Assembly (NCBI GenBank): GCA_038729465.1
Contig: JAVYRZ010000006.1
Span: forward strand, 1,697 to 65,696
Reading direction: 5' to 3'
Source of the DNA: Thermoplasmata archaeon
GTDB lineage: Archaea; Thermoplasmatota; Thermoplasmata; Thermoplasmatales; ARK-15
Length of the DNA: 64,000 bases
The position numbers and the translations under genes are program-made. The notes below the pieces were generated by a model that saw only the letters and a list, made by a program, of their open reading frames with translations, ran no database searches and was not told the DNA's origin. This document shows positions 47,831 through 55,896 of this stretch, one piece after another. Every line of letters starts with the position of its first letter. Position 1 is the first letter of the stretch.

Positions 47831-49312
47831 TTAATGTTTAAAAACTCTGTATCCTGTAAAAACTAAAGATATTTTATTTTCATTTGCAGCCTCAATTATT
47901 TCGCTGTCTCTTATAGATCCTCCAGGCTGTATAATAGCACTGATCTTATAATGTGCTGCTTCATCTATATTGTCTCGAAATGGAAAATATGCATCTGAGG
48001 CTAACACTGCATTTTCTGCCTTAGTACCAGCTTTTTTTAATGCAATTTTCATGGCTTCAATCCTGCTAGTCTGACCGCCACATACTCCTATAACCTGCCC
48101 TTTCTTGGCTACTACTATGGCATTGCTCCTGACATATCTTACCACTTTCCATGCAAATTTTAAATCTTCAATCTCTTCATTAGTTGGTTTGCTTTCAGTT
48201 ACGATCTTGAACGTATCTAAGATCTTTGTGTCTGCATCTTGATATAGATATCCTCCATTTACTTTTTTTAAGTCTTTGTCACGTAACGGAATGCTTTTTA
48301 TTCTGATAATTCTTGTATTTTTCTTAGATTTCTTAAGCAACTCTAATGATTCAACACTGAACGACGGAGCTATGATTATTTCAGTGAATAGTTTTTTTAG
48401 TTCCAGCGCAGTTTCAAGGTCTAAGTTCCGGTTTAAGCATATTACAGAGCCATAAGCAGATTCTGGATCAGATTCGTAAGCTCTTACGTAAGCGTTTTTG
48501 ATGGTATCTCCAATAGCTACGCCACAGGGGACAGTATGCTTTATTATGCTCACCGTTGGCTCTTTAAATTCAAAGGTTAGGTTTACTGCATTGTCCATAT
48601 CTAATATATTGTTAAAAGATAGCTCTTTTCCATGCAGTTGCTCGAACCAAGGTTTTTCTGTTACATAATAAACTGCTTTTTGATGTGGATTCTCTCCGTA
48701 CCTTAATTCTTGCTGTTTTTCAGCCCATATAAGCAGAGTGTCTGGAAAATCTGTGTTTTTGAAAAGCCTCCAGAAACGATTATATATTATAGAATCATAT
48801 TTAGAAGTGTAAGCGAACGCTTTCAGCGCTAGCTCTTTTCTTAGATCTTCAGGAATGAGCTGATCGTTCTTTAATGTTTTAATAATCTTAGCATAGTCAT
48901 CAATATCCACTACTGCCGTAACTCTTTCAAAATTCTTGGCAGCTGCCCTGATCAATGAAACACCACCTATATCTATGTTTTCAACAAGTTTATCATCATC
49001 TATAACCTGCCAGAATGGATAAAGATTGCAAACTATCATATCCAGCTTCTCTATGTTTAACTTTTTTAGTTCATCTATCTGATCTGTTTTCGCCAGGATA
49101 CCTCCAAAAATAACAGGATTTAATGTTTTTACTCTTCCATCTAAGATCTCAGGATATTTTGTCCATTCTTCTATTTTTATAGCTTCTATGCCGGCCTCAT
49201 TCAAAAACTTATGCGTGTTTGAAGTTGCAATAATGTTATGTCCCATCTTTCTTAAGGCTAAAGCAAAATCTGCTAAATTGGTTTTGTCATAGACTGATAT
49301 TAATATATTCAT
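47831..49312 (-). CDS. purH: Bifunctional AICAR transformylase / IMP cyclohydrolase
   Basis: MGS-like N-terminal domain, NLYPF and DIGGVSLIRAAAKN motifs, and an AICARFT C-terminal domain. Confidence 0.9.
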   Translation of the reverse strand: MNILISVYDKTNLADFALALRKMGHNIIATSNTHKFLNEAGIEAIKIEEWTKYPEILDGRVKTLNPVIFGGILAKTDQIDELKKLNIEKLDMIVCNLYPFWQVIDDDKLVENIDIGGVSLIRAAAKNFERVTAVVDIDDYAKIIKTLKNDQLIPEDLRKELALKAFAYTSKYDSIIYNRFWRLFKNTDFPDTLLIWAEKQQELRYGENPHQKAVYYVTEKPWFEQLHGKELSFNNILDMDNAVNLTFEFKEPTVSIIKHTVPCGVAIGDTIKNAYVRAYESDPESAYGSVICLNRNLDLETALELKKLFTEIIIAPSFSVESLELLKKSKKNTRIIRIKSIPLRDKDLKKVNGGYLYQDADTKILDTFKIVTESKPTNEEIEDLKFAWKVVRYVRSNAIVVAKKGQVIGVCGGQTSRIEAMKIALKKAGTKAENAVLASDAYFPFRDNIDEAAHYKISAIIQPGGSIRDSEIIEAANENKISLVFTGYRVFKH

Positions 49313-49392
49313 AGAGAAAGTAATACATATCTTAAAAATAAAATTTTTTATATTTTTATAAGAACGAAGTAAATAAGATTTCTGTTAGCATG

Positions 49393-50991
49393 TTACACGA
49401 TCTTTGACTCAAATCCGATAGTTGGATTTGCTATTTCGAATTTTTCAAGAATGTGTGGATGAAACTCTCCAAAGAATCCAATTTTTTCATTATTATGCAA
49501 TATAGAAGCTGCTCGACCATCTATGAAAAAAGGTAAAGTTGTGGGTTCTATATTAATTTCTATTCCAATCTGGTTAAATAAAGACTCTACATACGATTTT
49601 ATGTCCGTAAAACCAGCTTTAGAATAGACGGCAAGGCCTGCTACATGCGTTTCTTGGGATTGATTGTATATCACATCCCCAATTTCAAAAATTTTCTGTG
49701 GTAGTGGATTATGACGATTTTTGTTCAAAATATTAAATAATGACGGTATCAGCATGTTGCGTATTAAAGTTTGATCTTCAGTTACAGGGTTAAGTAACGA
49801 AATATCTTCCGTTGAACTAAATTCGTTGATAGATGGAATTAGAGTAAGAGTAGTGACTTCTATAAACTGAAATCCTGTCATTACGGATCTGTACCTGTTT
49901 TTTAAATCTTCAAGAGCAGAACTGAAACCAACAGTATATATTTCTGGAAGCGTCAAGACAAAGTTTTCAAATCCAAAGCCTTTTGCTATATCTTCTATTA
50001 TATCATTTTCATGCATAATATCCATCCGGTAAGGAGGCGATTTTACCCGCAAAGAATTACTGTAAACGTGTGCCTCATACCCCATCTTTTTTAGTGATGA
50101 TAATAGTACTTCGTCACTAAAGTCCATCCCGAGCAATCTTTTTATATGCTCTTTTTTAATTGTATAAGACTGATACTTAAGATCTGGTAAAATCAGATCT
50201 CCAAAAGGATAGTGTATTTTTACTTTGTATAATTCAGCCTTTCGATCTGCAAATGCAGTTGCCAGTATATTCAAAGTGAAAATCAATGTTTTTAGATCTG
50301 TTCCTGTACAATCGATCAATACATTTTTCGTATTTGATGTTATCTCTGTAAGTGACCCATTTATTATGGGTGGAAATGATAAAATATTATTGTTAGAATC
50401 TTTTATAACTGGATATTTTTCAAAGTTTTTTAAAATATCGCCATACTCTTTCCCTTTTGCATGCTCTCTTAATATCTCTTTTAAATTAAGTACCTTTTCC
50501 ATACCTAAAGGTTTAAAGGTAGTTTTTATAGGATCTGCCGCAAAGTAGTAAAATGGAGCTTTCACTTTATCAAAATCATGTAATCCGATCGCAACCTTTT
50601 CCCTTTTTCTGCCAACTGTTAAATGCAGTTTTTCTTGAGTTTCCATCATATCCTTGATAACCTGATCATTGACTTTTAAGTTTTTAATCAATGCAGAAAC
50701 AATGTATGGTCTAATTCCAATAAGATCAGAATCTACAAAAAAATCTATCTTTGAGCTCCTTGCTTTGTACTCTTTTAAGTTATCAGAAATGAGTATATTA
50801 TTGATGGCTCGGGCCAGACCTTCTATGGGTATTAAATCCGGGCGATCAGGATAAAGTTCGATATCTATCGAATCCTCATCCTCTCTCTTTATTTCAATTC
50901 CTATTTTTTCTATTACTGGCTCAATATCTTTTATGGATTTAATATCTGTAAGTTCAAACAGCTCGGATTTCTGAAATTTTACGACTACCAT
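49393..50991 (-). CDS. pheT: Phenylalanine--tRNA ligase beta subunit (archaeal type)
   Basis: Length and the B3/4-B5 domain pattern fit. Start set at MVVVKFQKSEL; the track start is 51015. Confidence 0.8.
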   Translation of the reverse strand: MVVVKFQKSELFELTDIKSIKDIEPVIEKIGIEIKREDEDSIDIELYPDRPDLIPIEGLARAINNILISDNLKEYKARSSKIDFFVDSDLIGIRPYIVSALIKNLKVNDQVIKDMMETQEKLHLTVGRKREKVAIGLHDFDKVKAPFYYFAADPIKTTFKPLGMEKVLNLKEILREHAKGKEYGDILKNFEKYPVIKDSNNNILSFPPIINGSLTEITSNTKNVLIDCTGTDLKTLIFTLNILATAFADRKAELYKVKIHYPFGDLILPDLKYQSYTIKKEHIKRLLGMDFSDEVLLSSLKKMGYEAHVYSNSLRVKSPPYRMDIMHENDIIEDIAKGFGFENFVLTLPEIYTVGFSSALEDLKNRYRSVMTGFQFIEVTTLTLIPSINEFSSTEDISLLNPVTEDQTLIRNMLIPSLFNILNKNRHNPLPQKIFEIGDVIYNQSQETHVAGLAVYSKAGFTDIKSYVESLFNQIGIEINIEPTTLPFFIDGRAASILHNNEKIGFFGEFHPHILEKFEIANPTIGFESKIV

Positions 50992-51063
50992 CCTGAATAG
51001 TAATTGAATCATCATAAATATAACTTTTCATATTTTGACAGTAAAGAACTTGAGCTTTAGAAG

Positions 51064-51723
51064 TTATATTGCTTTTTTACATAAATCATTTAAAGGGCAA
51101 TGTTCACAGTCTGGTACTTTTTTACAATATAGCTTGCCAAGTAAAACAAGTAATGCATGATACTCTTTAAATTGGGAAACATCGTCTCTCAATGATCCGT
51201 AAAACAATTTTTGAGCTTTTGTATAATCTTTCTTGTTTTCTTTGATGTCATAACCTAGCCTTTTTAGGATTCTGAGAGTGTATAGGTCTATTACAAATAC
51301 CGGTTTGTCTGCAGCATATAATATAATAGAGTCGGCCGTTTCTCTGCCTATCCCGTTAATTTTAATTAACTTTTCATAAAGATCTTCCTGTGATAAAAAA
51401 AGCTCAAGGTTTCCATTAAAATCGCGTATTATAATTTCTACAAAATTTTTAATTCTTCTTGCTTTTTGTCTATAAAAACCAGATGCTCTTATCTGTTCAG
51501 CCAAGTATTTATCACTGATTTTGAAAAGATTTTCAAGAGTCATCAAGTTTTTAGTTTTCAGATTTTTTATTACCTTCTCTACATTTTTCCACGAAGTATT
51601 CTGAGTTAGTATAGCACCTAATATCATCTCTAATTTAGAATCAGCTGGCCACCAATGTTGCTCTCCAAAATAGCTATAAAGTTTTTTATATATTATACTT
51701 AAATCTAGGCTTTCAGAGATCAT
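51064..51723 (-). CDS. Endonuclease III-related HhH-GPD DNA glycosylase with a C-terminal Fe-S cluster loop
   Basis: GIGRETADSIILYA helix-hairpin-helix and C-terminal CKKVPDCEHCPLNDLC. Confidence 0.7.
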   Translation of the reverse strand: MISESLDLSIIYKKLYSYFGEQHWWPADSKLEMILGAILTQNTSWKNVEKVIKNLKTKNLMTLENLFKISDKYLAEQIRASGFYRQKARRIKNFVEIIIRDFNGNLELFLSQEDLYEKLIKINGIGRETADSIILYAADKPVFVIDLYTLRILKRLGYDIKENKKDYTKAQKLFYGSLRDDVSQFKEYHALLVLLGKLYCKKVPDCEHCPLNDLCKKAI

Positions 51724-52040
51724 TGTATTTTCAAGGATATTTTGTTAGCGATTTCATCTAAATTTGAGTTTTGTGGCATTATCGATATAAGAAAATGGCG
51801 ATCTTTGTATGGTAACAACATCAAGAATCCTGATTCGGTATCTATAATTATCTTTTTTAAATTTTTATATTTTAGCTCATTGTTTGCGGTTATCGCCGCA
51901 CCATAAATAGTAGCGCACATAATAGAGAAAGTATCTTTATTTAACTGCTCTGAGAGTACGGAATCTTCCATTGTACCATCCCTTCTAATAATAGCAACAC
52001 CCGTCAAGTGCAATTCTTTCTTTAGATTCTCTAAATCCAT
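51720..52040 (-). CDS. Roadblock/LC7 domain protein
   Basis: About 106 aa with the GVAIIRRDG...SGFLMLL pattern typical of Roadblock/LC7 (MglB-like). ATGA overlap with the downstream gene. Confidence 0.6.
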   Translation of the reverse strand: MDLENLKKELHLTGVAIIRRDGTMEDSVLSEQLNKDTFSIMCATIYGAAITANNELKYKNLKKIIIDTESGFLMLLPYKDRHFLISIMPQNSNLDEIANKISLKIQ

Positions 52041-52108
52041 ACTGCATCAGCTTCCCTATATTCAATGATATAGATATTAGGTTTATAATATTTTCTGTTA
52101 TTTCGATG

Positions 52109-52288
52109 GCAGAAATAAACGTTAAATCAATTGTTATTTAACATTAAATTCATACGTATTACAATGCATTTGTAATAGATTTTCTTTAAAAGTACGTATC
52201 TTCTACATTTTAATATCTTAGAAATCAGCCATTTTCAGGAACTTTTTACCTGTAACTATATAAACGTGATCTAATGGTTTATTTCTAC
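52109..52288 (+). repeat. Repeat family F2, copy B (core ~180 bp; weaker similarity extends to ~52366)
   Basis: See copy A. Termini are GCAGAAATAAAC ... GGTTTATTTCTAC (inverted). The palindrome ATTACAATGCATTTGTAAT lies at 52158-52176. Confidence 0.75.
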
Positions 52289-52456
52289 CCATAATGTTAT
52301 TTATCTGTTAACAAGTGAAAATTTAAAATTACAAATGCCATTCATTACAAAACATTTTTTATTTTCAATATTTTATTTTTTTCTGAATATTAACAGTTGT
52401 GTTTTGACCTTTTTTATGCATAGATCACCATTATTAGAAAATATTATATCTATAAA

Positions 52457-53785
52457 ATGCATTTCCCCTTTATGATAACTCCAAAAAACGTTCCGGATAT
52501 TTTAGGCAAAAGAATATTACTAGATGGCTATGATTTGGTCCTTGACTTAGAGAAAAGCAAGGGTGTATGGCTTTATGATTCTGCGCATAGCAAGAACATC
52601 TTAGATTTCTTTGGTTTTTTTGCAACTTCCCCACTAGGTATGAATCACCCGAAAATGTTTGAGCCAGAATTCTTAAAAGAGTTGAACCGAGCTGCATTAA
52701 ACAAAATTGTAAATAGTGATATATATACTGTCGAAATGGCAGAATTTGTAGACGCACTCTCTAAAACTGCACCAGATTACATGAAATATTTCTTCTTTGT
52801 AGAAGGCGGTGCTTTAGCTGTCGAAAACGCACTAAAAACCTCTTTTGATTGGAAAGTAAGAAAGAATTTTGAAAAAGGATATAAAAAAGAGGTCGGTCAA
52901 AAAATTATGCATTTAAAGGAAGCTTTCCATGGTAGAACTGGATATACTATGTCTTTAACTAATACTTTTGATCCCAAAAAAACACAATATTTCCCAAAGT
53001 TTTCTTGGCCACGCGTTACTAATCCAAAAATTAAGTTTCCATTAAATGAAAAGAATTTGAGAGAAGTAATAGAGTTAGAGAAAAAGAGCTTGGATGAGAT
53101 GCAACATGAAATAGATGCAAATAAAGATGATATCGCAGCATTTATTATGGAACCTATTCAGGGCGAGGGCGGAGATAACCATTTTAGAAAAGAATATTTT
53201 GAAGCGGTCAGGAAAATAACCTCTGATAACGATATACTATTCATAGTTGATGAAGTTCAAAGCGGGTTGGGTATTACTGGAAAATGGTGGGCACATGAAC
53301 ATTTTAATGTTAAGCCAGATATCATTGCATTTGGTAAAAAAACACAAGTTTGTGGTATAATGGTCGGGCCTAAAGTAGACGAGGTAAAAGATAACGTATT
53401 TCATGTGTCAAGCAGAATAAACTCTACATGGGGCGGTAATATTGTTGATATGGTTCGTGCAAGAAGATATATCGAGATTATGATTGAAGATAATATATTG
53501 AAAAACGTTGAAAAAGTAGGTGCATATTTCATAAAATCTTTGCAGGATTTGCAGGACAAGTATCCACAGTATTTGAGCAATACAAGAGGCAGAGGCTTGA
53601 TGGTTTCTGTAGACCTTAAAGACTCGAAAACCAGAGATAGCTACTCTAAAATTCTATTTAAAAATAACTTATTAACACTCATCAGCGGTGAAAAAGGTAT
53701 TAGATTTAGACCTCCGTTAATTCTTGAACCAGATCATGTTAATAAGGCGATTGAAATTTTGGAAAAATCTCTCAAAGAGCTTTAA
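52457..53785 (+). CDS. Class III PLP aminotransferase, L-lysine 6-transaminase-like
   Basis: N-terminal DLEKSKGVWLYD...DFFGFFATSPLGMNHP resembles the LAT family. DEVQSG and the AFGKKTQ PLP-lysine region are present. Confidence 0.7.
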   Translation: MHFPFMITPKNVPDILGKRILLDGYDLVLDLEKSKGVWLYDSAHSKNILDFFGFFATSPLGMNHPKMFEPEFLKELNRAALNKIVNSDIYTVEMAEFVDALSKTAPDYMKYFFFVEGGALAVENALKTSFDWKVRKNFEKGYKKEVGQKIMHLKEAFHGRTGYTMSLTNTFDPKKTQYFPKFSWPRVTNPKIKFPLNEKNLREVIELEKKSLDEMQHEIDANKDDIAAFIMEPIQGEGGDNHFRKEYFEAVRKITSDNDILFIVDEVQSGLGITGKWWAHEHFNVKPDIIAFGKKTQVCGIMVGPKVDEVKDNVFHVSSRINSTWGGNIVDMVRARRYIEIMIEDNILKNVEKVGAYFIKSLQDLQDKYPQYLSNTRGRGLMVSVDLKDSKTRDSYSKILFKNNLLTLISGEKGIRFRPPLILEPDHVNKAIEILEKSLKEL

Positions 53786-54251
53786 CCCTTTTTAATCTCT
53801 CTTTTTTTCTTTGTAATGCTTCTTCAAATCTTTTATTTTCAGCATCATTTTTTAATATTAACCTAGGCACTGGTGTTGGTCTTCCGTGCTCATCAATCGC
53901 AACATATGTTAAATATGCAGTGCAAGCAATAGCTTTAGTTCCATCTGCTCTTTTTTCCGTAAATACATCAACCTGTATTTCCATAGAAGTAGTGCCTACA
54001 TAGTTTATCCAGGCTTTCATTATAACACTATCTCCAAGCGTTATAGGTTCAATAAAACTAAGATTGTCGATATTGGCTGTTACTACATTTTTGCGGCAAT
54101 GTCTTATTGCAACAAGGCCTGCCAACTTATCGATCCATTCTACAAGTCTGCCTCCAAAAAGATTTCCATAAATATTAGTATCTGCTGGTAATACTGAATA
54201 AACAGATTCTGCTCGGGAATCATCAACATATTTTCCATTATCTGATGTCAT
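53772..54251 (-). CDS. Acyl-CoA thioesterase (hotdog fold)
   Basis: GNLFGGRLVEWIDKLAG...VTANIDNLSFIEP pattern. 14-nt convergent overlap with the aminotransferase gene. Confidence 0.8.
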   Translation of the reverse strand: MTSDNGKYVDDSRAESVYSVLPADTNIYGNLFGGRLVEWIDKLAGLVAIRHCRKNVVTANIDNLSFIEPITLGDSVIMKAWINYVGTTSMEIQVDVFTEKRADGTKAIACTAYLTYVAIDEHGRPTPVPRLILKNDAENKRFEEALQRKKERLKRVKAL

Positions 54252-54842
54252 GGATTTATAATAATAAGCAATACTACTAAAAGTTTTCTTATATGATTAT
54301 GAGGGCTCGTTGTTTCATGATCCATATATTGAGACTTGAGAACTCTAAAAAACTTGGCATTAAATTTACAGAGCTAATTAAGTGAGCTTTTTAGTGTTAA
54401 TGAAAAACAGATCTAAAATTTCGATGAGTACTAAGCACTTTAACTGGAATAATGGATATTCTGATAAGTTATCCGAATAAATACACATTCATGGCTGTTC
54501 TGAGTCACCTAATAAGTATAATATCTTGGATCCAATAGTAATTATTACTCTTGATAATTATGACTTTTTGCCGGTAAAGAAGTAAAAGCCAGATGTTTTA
54601 ACGAGAATTAGACGTTTAGCAATTTAAAAAAATTAAAATAGAAGTGTTTGATAATAAAGCCACTATACAAGTATCCAGTGTAAAGTACCAAAGACGAAAT
54701 ATTGGCTAAGAGCACTTGAATACACAAAGAACTGACTGTAAAAGATGGACACGCAATCCTTAAGAGAGGATAGAAGGTCAGATTTATGCGTTGTTAGAAA
54801 ATAGTCAGAATAAAATACTTATGTTTTTAAAGTGAATAGAGG

Positions 54843-55037
54843 TTAGACCCATCCAACACGGTCTATTTCTCTTTCTTTTTTTGTTTTTTTCTTGTATTCT
54901 TTATAATGTTCTTTGCATAAGTGTGCTCTTTTTTCTCCTTCTTTCAAATTGAATATTTTCATTGCTTTATCTTTTCCTACTGTTTTGTAAGATTCTTCAT
55001 TGCATCCGGAAACACTACATGTTTTTGTTTCTGCCAT
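54843..55037 (-). CDS. Small basic Zn-finger protein (64 aa)
   Basis: CSVSGC...HLCKEH putative metal ligands and a K/R-rich C-terminus. It is preceded by the F1-related leader. Confidence 0.6.
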   Translation of the reverse strand: MAETKTCSVSGCNEESYKTVGKDKAMKIFNLKEGEKRAHLCKEHYKEYKKKTKKEREIDRVGWV

Positions 55038-55080
55038 AATATTTACCTCAACAAAGTTACATTATGTTGTAATATGTGAA

Positions 55081-55225
55081 CTACCCCTCAGCTAAAGCAT
55101 CGGAGCTTCCTGCTTCAACGACCGCTCTCTGCTAGTACGGATATGTTCCCTACTTGCAGGATGTCGCGATCTCTGCAGGCGTGAATTCGGATTACATTCA
55201 CCCTACTGTGCTGGTTATTTTTATC
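55081..55225 (-). ncRNA. Diverged GC-rich copy of the F1 right-hand module; candidate structured RNA or 5' leader of 54843-55037
   Basis: Its reverse complement aligns with 2040-2171 and 3915-4044. It shares the blocks GATAAAAG, CATATCCGTAC and GCTCCGATGCTTTAGCTGAGG. Two hairpins are conserved in all three copies. TTTATAAA and TTATATAA boxes lie just upstream at 55228-55255. It ends 43 nt before the ATG of the Zn-finger gene. Confidence 0.5.
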
Positions 55226-55721
55226 AGCAATGTTATATAACACGCAGATGTTTATAAACATTTTTATTGATTGCTATGCCGGTAATATAAGTTAGATTTT
55301 TAACAATTATTTCTAAAATGTAGCAAAAATTATCTAAAAAATAAGCAATGAGCATATAAAAGAGCAAAATATTCTCGCACTCAATTTCCGGCATGGTATT
55401 GAGGAAAATCAGTGCATCTTCTTTCTGAAGATCAGAGAATTACTGCTTCTCTCAAATTTCTAACAGCATTTAACTTTTTTATCCTCTTTCTTTGCAAAAA
55501 TTGACCTTGAATTTCTGCAATACCTATTTATCTTTTATAAAAATGAAGATTACTGGGTTCATGTATAAATAAAGTACTAACATCTTTTCCAATCTGTCAA
55601 ATAGGGCTTTTTGCTAAAAATTTAAAAAATACAAAATATAATTTTAACAATTTTTGTAATAAATATTTATATATTTGTTAATAATTATCATAATTATAAT
55701 AATTAGAATAATGTGAAAAGC

Positions 55722-55883
55722 ATGACTAATAAAGAAGTATCTGGAACTTATCACAACTGTCCGGAAGACTTTTTACAGGCAGTGGAGCTAGAAAATATGA
55801 TTCTAGATATCTTTATAAACGGCCCAGAAAGATCTATGTTGGGCAGACAATCAATGATTATTGAACAGAACAATGTTATATAA
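55722..55883 (+). CDS. Small ORF (53 aa, absent from the ORF track) directly upstream of the radical SAM/SPASM gene; candidate precursor peptide or gene remnant
   Basis: Hand translation gives MTNKEVSGTYHNCPEDFLQAVELENMILDIFINGPERSMLGRQSMIIEQNNVI. It stops 13 nt before the ATG at 55897. Coding status is unproven. Confidence 0.3.
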   Translation: MTNKEVSGTYHNCPEDFLQAVELENMILDIFINGPERSMLGRQSMIIEQNNVI

Positions 55884-55896
55884 GAAGGTGACAAAA

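Noticed and set aside
55226-55721. Replication origin in the AT-rich spacer
   Set aside because: The DNA is AT-rich and low-complexity. I found no repeated ORB/mini-ORB-like boxes flanking it and no orc1/cdc6 gene in the window. A single TCCAGTG at ~54674 is not enough.
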